NCBI GenBank assembly: GCA_034669045.1
Contig: JAXDOD010000102.1
Coordinates: 12,192 to 76,191, forward strand
DNA: 64,000 nt
Origin: Alphaproteobacteria bacterium
Lineage (GTDB): Bacteria; Pseudomonadota; Alphaproteobacteria; Rhizobiales; Xanthobacteraceae
Direction of reading: 5' to 3'
The notes under the pieces are model-generated. The model was not told where the DNA came from. It was given only the letters and a program-made list of their open reading frames with translations, and did no database searches. Positions 1 through 8,790 of this stretch are shown here, piece after piece (position 1 is the first letter of the stretch; the number at the start of each line of letters is the position of its first letter). A program made the position numbers and the translations under genes.

Positions 1-1
1 T

Positions 2-604
2 CATCCGCTGATCCCGCTGACGCTCTACAACAAGTTCAAGGGCCTATGCGAGCCCGAACTGTGGAAGCACAAGGCGGATGATTTCACCTGCGTGGTCATT
101 CGGCCGGCCACCGTCTGCGGCTACAGCCCGCGCACGCGGCTCGATCTCTCCGTCAATATCCTCACCAACCACGCGGTGACCAAAAGCACGATCACAGTGT
201 ACGGGGGCAATCAGATGCGCCCGAATCTTCATGTCGAGGACATGGTGGACGCCTATCAGCTCATGCTGGAGGCGCCGCATGAAAAGATCCACGGCGAAGT
301 CTTCAACATCGGCTTTCAGAACCACTCCATCGCCGAAATCGCCAATGTGGTGAAGGCGGTCGTCGAGGAGGAAATGCCTGAAAAAGGCAACATCAAGATC
401 GTCACCACGCCGACCAACGACATGCGTTCCTATCACGTCAATTCTGACAAGGTGCGGCGCGTGCTTGGTTTCGTGCCCAAGCGCTCGATCGAAGATGCAG
501 TGCGTGACCTGACGCGCGCCTTCCGCAACCAACTGCTGCCGAACAGCTTCGACGACGACTGGTATTACAACGTCCGCACGATGAAGAAGATCGGCGCAAA
601 ATGA
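2..604 (+). CDS. NAD-dependent epimerase/dehydratase (extended SDR), C-terminal part; 5-prime end lies outside the window
   Basis: The frame is open from nt 2 (HPLIPLTLYNKFKGLCE, which contains YxxxK) to TGA at 602-604. The C-terminal half resembles sugar epimerases (RPATVCGYSPR, VEDMVDAY, FNIG). The stop overlaps the next start (ATGA). Confidence 0.7.
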   Translation, partial: HPLIPLTLYNKFKGLCEPELWKHKADDFTCVVIRPATVCGYSPRTRLDLSVNILTNHAVTKSTITVYGGNQMRPNLHVEDMVDAYQLMLEAPHEKIHGEVFNIGFQNHSIAEIANVVKAVVEEEMPEKGNIKIVTTPTNDMRSYHVNSDKVRRVLGFVPKRSIEDAVRDLTRAFRNQLLPNSFDDDWYYNVRTMKKIGAK

Positions 605-1614
605 GCGCGGCGCAAAAGACCGCAATTGTCACCGGTGGCGCCGGGTTCATCGGCAGTCACATGGTCGACCTCCTGATCGACCGCGGCTACAAGGTGCGGG
701 TGATCGACAATCTCGTGGGCGGACGTGAAGCGAACCTCGCCCGGCACAAGAATGATCCGAGCCTCACGTTCGCCGCCTCCGATATCCGCGATTATCAGCC
801 CGACCATCCGCTCTTCGATGGGGTCGATTGCGTCATTCACTTTGCGGGCATCGGCGACATCGTGCCGTCGATCGAACGGCCGATGGACTATATGTCGGCG
901 AACGTGCAGGGCACCGTTCACATGCTGGAATGCGCCCGGCGCGCGGGCGTCAAGAAGTTCGTCTACGCGGCGTCCTCATCCTGCTATGGCCTGGCGGCGA
1001 CGCCGACCGGCGAAGATCACCCGATCGACGCGCAGTACCCCTATGCATTGAGCAAGTATCAGGGCGAGCAGGCGGCGTTCCACTGGCATAAGGTCTACAA
1101 GCTGCCGGTCAATTCCATCCGGATCTTCAACGCCTACGGCACGCGTTCCCGCACCTCGGGCGCCTATGGCGCGGTGTTCGGGGTGTTTCTGAAACAGAAG
1201 CTCGCGAACAGGCCCTTCACGGTTGTCGGCGACGGGACGCAGACCCGGGACTTTCTCTACGTCACAGACGTCGCAGACGCGTTCCTGCGGGCGGCGGAAA
1301 CCGACCGGAGCGGCGAAATCTGGAATCTTGGCGCCGGCAACCCTCAGTCGGTCAACCGTCTGGTGGAGCTTCTCGGCGGGCCGGTCGCGCATATTCCGAA
1401 ACGCCCGGGCGAGCCGAGCTGCACCTGGGCCGACATCACCAAGATCGAGCGCGACCTCGGCTGGAGGCAGCAGGTTAGTTTCGAGGACGGTGTCGGACGC
1501 ATCGTCGCCGACATCGACTACTGGCGCGACGCGCCCTTGTGGGATGCGGCCTCCATCGCGCAGGCCACCGCAGGGTGGTTCAAGGCCCTGTCACCCCAGG
1601 GGGCGCCACAATGA
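601..1614 (+). CDS. NAD-dependent sugar epimerase/dehydratase (UDP-glucose 4-epimerase family SDR)
   Basis: Rossmann motif [15 protein letters not shown], catalytic PYALSKYQGE (YxxxK), RIFNAYG and TRDFLYVTDV. ATGA overlaps at both ends. Confidence 0.85.
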   Translation: MSAAQKTAIVTGGAGFIGSHMVDLLIDRGYKVRVIDNLVGGREANLARHKNDPSLTFAASDIRDYQPDHPLFDGVDCVIHFAGIGDIVPSIERPMDYMSANVQGTVHMLECARRAGVKKFVYAASSSCYGLAATPTGEDHPIDAQYPYALSKYQGEQAAFHWHKVYKLPVNSIRIFNAYGTRSRTSGAYGAVFGVFLKQKLANRPFTVVGDGTQTRDFLYVTDVADAFLRAAETDRSGEIWNLGAGNPQSVNRLVELLGGPVAHIPKRPGEPSCTWADITKIERDLGWRQQVSFEDGVGRIVADIDYWRDAPLWDAASIAQATAGWFKALSPQGAPQ

Positions 1615-3164
1615 TGGACGAGGCAAGCCGCAAGATCGTCAGCCACAAGATCAAGACTCCGCAGGAACTTGCTGCGCTCCTTGGCGTGAGACCGCGCGAA
1701 AAGAAGGTGATCATGTGTCATGGCACCTTCGACCTCGTGCATCCGGGACATGTGCGGCACTTGCTGTATGCAAAGAGCATGGCCGATGTCCTGGTGGCCA
1801 GCCTCACCAGCGACGAACACATTACCAAGGCCAATTTTCGACCGTTCGTGCCGCAGGAACTGCGCGCCTTCAATCTTGCCGCGCTGGAATGCGTCGATTA
1901 CGTGGTCATCGACACCCAACCGACGCCGCTGCGCAATATCGGCATCATTCAGCCGGATTATTTCGCCAAGGGTTACGAATACACCAAAGATGGTCTTCAC
2001 CCTCGCACCTCCGAAGAGAAGACGCTGATCGAGACTTACGGTGGGGAAATCATTTTCACGCCGGGCGACATCGTCTACTCGTCATCGCACATCATCGAGA
2101 CCGAACCGCCGGCGATCTCGACCGAAAAACTGATGATGCTGCTCGAAGCCGAGCTTCTCGACTTCGGCGACCTGCGCAAAAGCCTCAACGACCTCAAAGG
2201 GATCAAAGTCCACGTCATCGGCGACACAATCATCGACACCTATACGCAATGCACAATGATTGGGGGCATGACCAAGACGCCGACGATGAGCGTGCGTTTG
2301 GAAGAGCAGCAGGACTTCGTCGGCGGAGCCGGTATCGTCGCCAAGCATCTTAAATCGGCCGGCGCCCAAGTTACGTTCTCGACCGTCCTCGGCGACGATA
2401 CGCTTGCGGAATTCACCCTCAAGGACCTCGCCGCCTCCGGCGTCAACTGCCTGCCGATCATCGACCGCACCCGGCCGACCACGAACAAGAACGCCATTAT
2501 CGCCGGGGGATATCGGCTGCTGAAGGTCGACAAGGTCGACAATCGCTCGATCTCGGAGCGAATCCTCAAGAACCTCGAGGATCAAATCCACGAAACTGCA
2601 GCCGATATCGTGCTGTTCAGCGACTTCCGTCATGGCATCTACAATCGAGACACGATCCCGCAGCTCACCGCGGCGTTGCCGAAGACCTGTTTCCGTGTCG
2701 CCGACAGCCAAGTCGCGAGCCGGTGGGGCAACATTCTCGAGTTTCAGGGCTTCGACTTGATCACGCCGAACGAGCGGGAAGCGCGCTTTGCGCTCGGGGA
2801 CCAGGATTCCGTCATCAGACCGCTCGGGCTCAAGCTCTATCGCGAGGCCGCGTGCAAGACGCTCATTCTGAAGCTCGGCGAGCGGGGCCTCATGACCTTT
2901 CTGGCGCGTTCGGATGAGGACGTACGCTCGTTTTTCGTGCTCGACAGCTTTGCTGGCCAGATCGTCGACGCGGTCGGCTCGGGCGACGCACTGCTCGCCT
3001 ATGCAGCGCTCGCCTTGCTGTCATCCCAAAATTCGGTCATCGCCTCTGTGCTTGGATCCATCGCGGCTGCGGTGGAGTGCGAGTTTGACGGCAATATTCC
3101 AGTCGGGCCGCAGGACGTCCTTGCCAAGCTCGAACGGATCGAACGGCACGTCAACTTCCGCTGA
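1611..3164 (+). CDS. Bifunctional cytidylyltransferase-like nucleotidyltransferase (N-terminal) / pfkB-family sugar kinase (C-terminal); HldE-like with reversed domain order
   Basis: The N-terminal part has CHGTFDLVHPGHVRHLLYAK (HxGH nucleotidyltransferase motif). The C-terminal roughly 300 aa have ribokinase/pfkB features, including DAVGSGDALLAYAA. I chose the ATG at 1611 because it gives an ATGA overlap with the upstream stop. The track ORF start at 1539 lies inside the previous gene. Confidence 0.8.
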   Translation: MMDEASRKIVSHKIKTPQELAALLGVRPREKKVIMCHGTFDLVHPGHVRHLLYAKSMADVLVASLTSDEHITKANFRPFVPQELRAFNLAALECVDYVVIDTQPTPLRNIGIIQPDYFAKGYEYTKDGLHPRTSEEKTLIETYGGEIIFTPGDIVYSSSHIIETEPPAISTEKLMMLLEAELLDFGDLRKSLNDLKGIKVHVIGDTIIDTYTQCTMIGGMTKTPTMSVRLEEQQDFVGGAGIVAKHLKSAGAQVTFSTVLGDDTLAEFTLKDLAASGVNCLPIIDRTRPTTNKNAIIAGGYRLLKVDKVDNRSISERILKNLEDQIHETAADIVLFSDFRHGIYNRDTIPQLTAALPKTCFRVADSQVASRWGNILEFQGFDLITPNEREARFALGDQDSVIRPLGLKLYREAACKTLILKLGERGLMTFLARSDEDVRSFFVLDSFAGQIVDAVGSGDALLAYAALALLSSQNSVIASVLGSIAAAVECEFDGNIPVGPQDVLAKLERIERHVNFR

Positions 3165-3187
3165 GCGCCTGCTTGAGACCATTCCCG

Positions 3188-4123
3188 ATGCGGCTACTCA
3201 TCGTTGGATACGGCGTGCAGGGTAAGAAACGTTTTCGGGTCGCCGGAGCGGACGCGGTCGGGGTTGTCGATCCAGTGGCCCCGGAAGCGAACTGGCGCGA
3301 CATCCACGAAGCTCCCACGGAATGTTATGACGCGGCTCTCGTCTGCACGCCGGATGAGCCGAAGTCCGCGCTCCTGCATTTTCTCCTCGGCCAGGGCAAG
3401 CATGTGCTGGTGGAAAAACCGCTGCATGCGGAAGGCGAGCGCGACCTGGTCGAGCTGGAGGCGCTCGCGCGCAAGACCGGCGCGGTCTGTTACACCGCAT
3501 ACAATCACCGCTTCGAGCCGCATTATGTGCGCATGCGCGAGCTCGTGCGTTCAGGCGAGCTGGGCCGCATCTATCGCTGCCGGATGTTCTATGGCAATGG
3601 AACCGCGCGTCTGGTGCGCGACTCGGCCTGGCGCGACCAGGGCGCGGGCGTGCTGCCGGACCTCGGCTCGCACCTGCTCGACACCGCGCGCTTCTGGTTC
3701 GGCGATCTCGGCGGGGATTTCGATGTCACGTCGGCCAGCAGGTTCGAGAATCGCGCGCCCGACCACGTCGTGGTCGCCTCGGAGTCGACAAACCCAAAAC
3801 TCGAGTTCGAGATGACGCTGCTGTCGTGGCGCAACCATTTCACCTGCGACGTATTGGCCGAGAACGGCACCGCCCACATCGAATCGCTGTGCAAGTGGGG
3901 ACCGACCACATTCACGCACCGCAGTCGTGTACTGCCGAGCGGCCGACCGAAGGAAGAGTCAGTGACGCTCGTGCAGGAAGACCCGACCTGGGCCATCGAG
4001 TACCAGCATTTCAAACGGCTTGCCGCCGATCGCATACCGACCGACCTGTCGAATGATCGCTGGCTGTTGCGGATCCTCGGGAAGCTCTCCACCACCGCAA
4101 CCACGGCGAGCGTTGCCCGATGA
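3188..4123 (+). CDS. Gfo/Idh/MocA family NAD(P)-dependent oxidoreductase
   Basis: N-terminal Rossmann MRLLIVGYGVQGKKR and the family EKP motif (HVLVEKPLH). I prefer the ATG at 3188 over the TTG at 3173. Confidence 0.8.
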   Translation: MRLLIVGYGVQGKKRFRVAGADAVGVVDPVAPEANWRDIHEAPTECYDAALVCTPDEPKSALLHFLLGQGKHVLVEKPLHAEGERDLVELEALARKTGAVCYTAYNHRFEPHYVRMRELVRSGELGRIYRCRMFYGNGTARLVRDSAWRDQGAGVLPDLGSHLLDTARFWFGDLGGDFDVTSASRFENRAPDHVVVASESTNPKLEFEMTLLSWRNHFTCDVLAENGTAHIESLCKWGPTTFTHRSRVLPSGRPKEESVTLVQEDPTWAIEYQHFKRLAADRIPTDLSNDRWLLRILGKLSTTATTASVAR

Positions 4124-5400
4124 CCGTGCCTCTTACAATCGGCTATGTGGGGATGACCCATCTGGGCCTGTGCTCTGTCGTTGCTGCGGCCAGCAAGGGC
4201 TTCGCCACGCTGGGCTTCGACCGCGATACCGCATTGATCGAGCGCCTCACCGCCGGCACGCTGCCGGTGCGGGAACCCGAACTCGACGATCTGCTGCGCG
4301 AGCACCGCGCGCGCGTGAGCTTTACGGACAGCGCCGACCGGCTCGCAGCCTGCGACTTGATCTATGTGGCGCCCGACGTGCCGACCGACCACGCCGGCGG
4401 CAGCGATCTGAGCGGCCTCGGCGAACTCCTCGAACTCGCGCTCGCGCATGCCAGACCGGATGCGGTCGTGGTGGTGCTGAGCCAGGTTCCGCCGGGCTTC
4501 ACCCGCGCTCGCCAGCAACCCGGCCGGCAAATTTTCTACCAGGTCGAGACCCTGGTTTTCGGTCGAGCGGTCGAACGGGCGACGCGGCCGGAGCGTTTCA
4601 TCGTGGGCTGTCCGGCTCCGCACGATCCGCTGCCGCCTGCCCTCGACACGTTCTTGCGGGCCTTCGGCTGCCCTATTCTTCCGATGGGTCTGGAAAGCGC
4701 CGAACTGACCAAGATTTCCATCAACTGCTGCCTCGTCGCCTCGCTCAGCGTCGCTAATACGCTGGCGGAACTCTGCGAACGAATCGGGGCGGATTGGTCG
4801 GAGATCGTCCCTGCCCTGAAGCTCGACCGCCGGATCGGGGCTCACTCCTACCTCTCGCCCGGCCTGGGACTCGCGGGTGGCAATCTGGAACGGGACCTGG
4901 CAACGGTTCTGCAGTTCTCGCGGGACCATGGTACCGAAGCCGGAGTGATCGCGGCTTTCGTCGCCAACAGCGCGCACCGCAAGGACTGGGCCTTGCGCAC
5001 GCTGCAGGAGGCGCTCCTGGCGCGTTCTCCGAAGGCCACGGTCGCGATCCTCGGCCTCGCCTATAAGGAAAACACCCACTCGGTGAAGAACTCGCCCTCG
5101 CTCGCCCTGATCCGCCACCTGGGTCCCTGGCCGCTGCGGATCTTCGACCCGGTCGTGCCGGCCACGGCCGCTCCCCATTCCGCCATAACGGGCACCACGT
5201 CGGCGCTGGAGGCCGTCCAGGACGCGGATGCCCTGGTGGTCATGACCGCATGGCCGGAATTCCGAACCCTGTCCGTGACGGACTTGGCCAAGGCGATGCG
5301 CGGCCGGCTGGTCCTGGACCCCTACCGCGTGTTCGACGGCTCTGCCGCACGGGCCGCCGGCCTCGATTATCGCACCCTCGGCGTATCCGCATCATGCTGA
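4120..5400 (+). CDS. Nucleotide-sugar dehydrogenase (UDP-glucose/GDP-mannose dehydrogenase family)
   Basis: N-terminal IGYVGMTHLGLCSVVAAASKG, a central helical domain, and C-terminal LGLAYKENTHSVKNSPSLALIRHL, typical of the UDPG/MGDP dehydrogenase family. ATGA overlap with the upstream gene. Confidence 0.8.
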   Translation: MTVPLTIGYVGMTHLGLCSVVAAASKGFATLGFDRDTALIERLTAGTLPVREPELDDLLREHRARVSFTDSADRLAACDLIYVAPDVPTDHAGGSDLSGLGELLELALAHARPDAVVVVLSQVPPGFTRARQQPGRQIFYQVETLVFGRAVERATRPERFIVGCPAPHDPLPPALDTFLRAFGCPILPMGLESAELTKISINCCLVASLSVANTLAELCERIGADWSEIVPALKLDRRIGAHSYLSPGLGLAGGNLERDLATVLQFSRDHGTEAGVIAAFVANSAHRKDWALRTLQEALLARSPKATVAILGLAYKENTHSVKNSPSLALIRHLGPWPLRIFDPVVPATAAPHSAITGTTSALEAVQDADALVVMTAWPEFRTLSVTDLAKAMRGRLVLDPYRVFDGSAARAAGLDYRTLGVSASC

Positions 5401-6278
5401 CGCACCAGAACGTCGCTCCCACGCCGCCACACCGGGCCGTTGTCATCGGGGCCGGCGGTTTTGTCGGTTCCACGATCGTGAAGGAACTCGCCGCCGCCAG
5501 GGTTCCGACGCTCGGCCTCACGCGCAAGGAGGTCGATCTCCTCGCCCCGGATGGGTCCGAACTCCTCAAGACCATGCTGGCTCCATCGGATGCGGTCGTG
5601 TTCGTGTCGGCACTCGCGCCGGCGCGGAACGTGGCGCAACTGATGACGAACTTGCGCATGGTGGAGGCCGCCTGCCTCGCCTTTGCCGCGGTGCAGCCCG
5701 CTCACCTGCTCTACATCAGCTCCGATGCTGTCTATGCGGACGACGCCAATCCCGTGACCGAACGCTCTCCGGTTGCGCCATCGACCCCGCACGGCATGAT
5801 GCATGCGGCGCGCGAACTGATGTTCCGCTCGGAATACCGCGGCCCGTTCGCCGTCCTGCGGCCGACGCTGATCTACGGCACCCGCGATCCGCATTCCGGC
5901 TACGGCCCGAACCGCTTCCGCCGACAGGCCGCCAAGGGCGAGCCGATCACCGTGTTCGGGGAAGGCGAGGAGAAGCGCGACCACATCGCGGTCGAAGACG
6001 TGGCGCGCCTTGCCCGGCTCATTCTGTTCAACCGCAGCAGCGGTGCGCTCAACGCGGTCACCGGAGTCGCGACCTCATTCCACGACATCGCGCAGATGGT
6101 GGCGGCGCAGTTCGCCCAACCTGTGGAGGTGCAGCCGGTGCCGCGTCCGGGCCCGCGGCCGCACCTCCTGCACCGTTTCTTCGATATCACAGAGTGCTAC
6201 AAGGCGTTTCCGGACTTTCGGTTCGAATCGCTCGCCGAAGGACTCGCGAGAGTTCATCGCGAGGCACTGACGTCATAA
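5394..6278 (+). CDS. SDR-fold NAD-dependent epimerase/dehydratase family protein (atypical active-site motif)
   Basis: VVIGAGGFVGSTIVKEL Rossmann motif. The ATG at 5394 overlaps the upstream stop. The first 48 codons of the track ORF lie inside the previous gene. The expected YxxxK position reads HGMMH. Confidence 0.7.
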   Translation: MLTHQNVAPTPPHRAVVIGAGGFVGSTIVKELAAARVPTLGLTRKEVDLLAPDGSELLKTMLAPSDAVVFVSALAPARNVAQLMTNLRMVEAACLAFAAVQPAHLLYISSDAVYADDANPVTERSPVAPSTPHGMMHAARELMFRSEYRGPFAVLRPTLIYGTRDPHSGYGPNRFRRQAAKGEPITVFGEGEEKRDHIAVEDVARLARLILFNRSSGALNAVTGVATSFHDIAQMVAAQFAQPVEVQPVPRPGPRPHLLHRFFDITECYKAFPDFRFESLAEGLARVHREALTS

Positions 6279-6443
6279 TTATGATGCGGCCAAACTGTCA
6301 CCGTCAAACGTGTCCACAGGAAAGGATCCAACAAGCGAACAACAACGGCGGCGCGTTGTCAGAGGTCCTTGTGATCAATCTTTCGCATTACGATCGATAT
6401 TTGCGATAGGTATAACTTCGTTGCCAAACCCGGGAGATCGTAA

Positions 6444-7031
6444 ATGCTGGAACAGTCCGATTTGGAGCGGTCAGACATCATCATTCGTCAGCGAGACGGC
6501 ATCGTCATTGCGGCGATACCGCAGTTCGGGTTGTTTGCGCAGGCTGGAGCGTTGCAGGCAGCGCTTGAAGCGCTGGAGAGCAAGAAGGAAGCGTTCGCTG
6601 CCGATTTGGCAGCGTTTGAACATTTCAATGCTCGCCCCGCCAATGAGGCACGAAAATCCGAATCTATTCGATGGCAAGACATCAAGCAATTTGCCGTCAA
6701 GGCAGCAATCGTCTTCGGCTTGTTCATTGCTTTTGTATTATTCTTGACCATTCAGGCGCATCAGATCATCCGCTCCACAGCCAACGACATTCAAGCCAGG
6801 ATCGAGAGAGTGCCGACAATCGGCGGGCGCAAATTCTGGGAAAATGCTGAGCAGGCATTGGAGCGCCTGTCAGATGCGCGCAACGACCTTCCTGCGGAAA
6901 AAAAACAAAAGCTGCTCACGGAAATACGAACGATCGCGGAGCGGTGGCGCCCCTTCGTAAACGAAGCTCTGAAGATTTTTCCCCTCTCACCCGCGGTGGA
7001 GCGACAGCAGACCTCTCCGGGCGACCGGTGA
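6444..7031 (+). CDS. Hypothetical protein with one predicted transmembrane helix
   Basis: 195-aa ORF at the high/low G+C boundary. It has one hydrophobic segment (AAIVFGLFIAFVLFLTI) flanked by helical, charged regions. I recognise no family motif. Confidence 0.45.
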   Translation: MLEQSDLERSDIIIRQRDGIVIAAIPQFGLFAQAGALQAALEALESKKEAFAADLAAFEHFNARPANEARKSESIRWQDIKQFAVKAAIVFGLFIAFVLFLTIQAHQIIRSTANDIQARIERVPTIGGRKFWENAEQALERLSDARNDLPAEKKQKLLTEIRTIAERWRPFVNEALKIFPLSPAVERQQTSPGDR

Positions 7032-7319
7032 CACAATGACCATCCTCTTTATTGTTCCTGCTCGATCCGCAACCGAAGACAACAAGCCGGTTGGGGCCGC
7101 GGGAGATCCGCAGGGCGATTTGACTTGAAGAGGGCACATTTTCGTCCAAGACTGCCTGACATATTGCAGTTTGATGCCGGACCTAATAAGCAAGTGCGAC
7201 CACTACGATTCACGAAGCCAATGAATGCCTGACCGAGGAAATTCGGGTTGCGAGTCCGGCTGACGCGAATCGGTATTTCTCGCTATTGAGATTTCATTAG
7301 GATTTCGAAGGCAGCAGCG

Positions 7320-8045
7320 ATGGTCTCGTCCTCCGTTCCCTACTCCGTAACATTTGTGGTTCCGGCGCTCAACGAAGAAGCCGTGATCGAGAACGTGGTG
7401 CGCGACTGCGTGGCAACTATCGAGCCGCTCGTCCAGAACTACGAAATCATTCTGGTCGACGACGGCAGCACGGATTCTACCGGTGAGATCATGGACCGCC
7501 TCGCACGCGAGTTGCCGCATGTGCGGGTTCTCCACAATCGCCCTAATCTCGGGCTGGGAGCGGCATACTGGCGTGGTGTTGCGGAAGCCAAGCTGGACTA
7601 TGTAATGATGCTGTGCGGGGATGGCGCCATGCCGGCTTCGAGCTTGCCCGCCATATTGTCGAAGATTGGTACTGCCGACATCGTCATTCCCGACATTACA
7701 AATCTGAAGGTCCTGAAAACTCCATTCCGCTATTTTGTGTCCTGCACATACACAAAGATCTTGAATGTGTTGTCAGGGCATCGCATCGGCTACTACAATG
7801 GCCTTCCCGTGCACCGCAGAGCGCTTCTCCAGCAAGTGACCCTTAGCAGTTCAGGATTCGGTTACTCGGCCGAGATCATCATCAAGCTGTTGCGATCGGG
7901 ATGCTCCTATGTGGAGGTTGCCGTCCCGGCAACCGAGGTAAAACACAAGTCCTTCGCGTTTCGCCTTCACAACGTGATGAGTGTGGCCAAGACGGTAGTC
8001 AAACTTGCAATCGCGGTCACTCGCGCACCGGCGATCAAGAGGTAG
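7320..8045 (+). CDS. Family 2 glycosyltransferase, DPM1/ArnC/GtrB-like (candidate polyprenyl-phosphate sugar synthase)
   Basis: FVVPALNEE..., YEIILVDDGSTDST, NLGLGAAYWRG and MLCGDG are the classic GT2 (GT-A) N-terminal motifs. The size (241 aa) is similar to DPM1. Confidence 0.85.
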   Translation: MVSSSVPYSVTFVVPALNEEAVIENVVRDCVATIEPLVQNYEIILVDDGSTDSTGEIMDRLARELPHVRVLHNRPNLGLGAAYWRGVAEAKLDYVMMLCGDGAMPASSLPAILSKIGTADIVIPDITNLKVLKTPFRYFVSCTYTKILNVLSGHRIGYYNGLPVHRRALLQQVTLSSSGFGYSAEIIIKLLRSGCSYVEVAVPATEVKHKSFAFRLHNVMSVAKTVVKLAIAVTRAPAIKR

Positions 8046-8117
8046 GCCGGAGGCAGTCAGATCGCCAGGTTGACGAAACCCGAATCAAATGCACATTCCT
8101 GATATCGCTGGACCCAA

Positions 8118-8777
8118 GTGATGAAAGAAGTGAACCTTCTCGCCAAGCTTCCACGCGGCAAACGCAACGTCAATGCGCGCGCAGAGGCTAAAACGCCCGA
8201 AATTGTCGCCGCCTCGCGCGAATACGGACAACTCTACTTTGATGGTCCGCGGAGCTACGGCTATGGCGGCTATCGCTATGACGGGCGCTGGGTCCCCGTC
8301 GCCCAGGATATGGTTGCACACTTCAACCTGCGCCCCGGCGATCGAGTGCTTGATGTGGGATGCGCCAAGGGCTTTCTCGTCAAGGACTTGATGAAAGCGT
8401 GTCCGGGGCTTGAGGCTTTTGGTCTCGATATCTCCGAATATGCGCTGATGAATTGCGAGCCCGAAGTGGCCGGCCGTCTACACCTGGGCAATGCAACGAA
8501 GCTTCCGTTTCCCGACAACAGCTTCAAGGCGGTGATCTCCCTCAACACGATTCATAATCTTGACCGGCCTGATCTCATCACGGCATTGCGTGAGATCGAG
8601 CGCTTGGCTCCGGGACGCGGCTTCGTCCAGATTGATTCGTATCGCACGCCTGAGCAAAAGGCGTTGTTCCTGGAGTGGGTTCTGACCGCGCATTACCACG
8701 ACTATCCCGAGGGCTGGATCGACCTGTTCAACGAGGCCGGATACACCGGAGATTACTACTGGACCATCGTCGAATGA
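8118..8777 (+). CDS. Class I SAM-dependent methyltransferase
   Basis: Motif I VLDVGCAKGFLVKDL, with a downstream acidic loop and post-I motifs. The start is GTG at 8118 or ATG at 8121. Confidence 0.8.
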   Translation: MMKEVNLLAKLPRGKRNVNARAEAKTPEIVAASREYGQLYFDGPRSYGYGGYRYDGRWVPVAQDMVAHFNLRPGDRVLDVGCAKGFLVKDLMKACPGLEAFGLDISEYALMNCEPEVAGRLHLGNATKLPFPDNSFKAVISLNTIHNLDRPDLITALREIERLAPGRGFVQIDSYRTPEQKALFLEWVLTAHYHDYPEGWIDLFNEAGYTGDYYWTIVE

Positions 8778-8790
8778 CTGGCTGGGAGCG

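Noticed and set aside
3589-5178. A 529-aa minus-strand ORF, and the similar 1223-2353 + strand 376-aa ORF, overlapping the left-hand operon.
   Set aside because: Their translations are Arg/Pro/Gly/Ala-rich and low in complexity, as is typical of wrong-frame or antisense ORFs in about 65 percent G+C DNA. The overlapping + frame genes carry clear family motifs.
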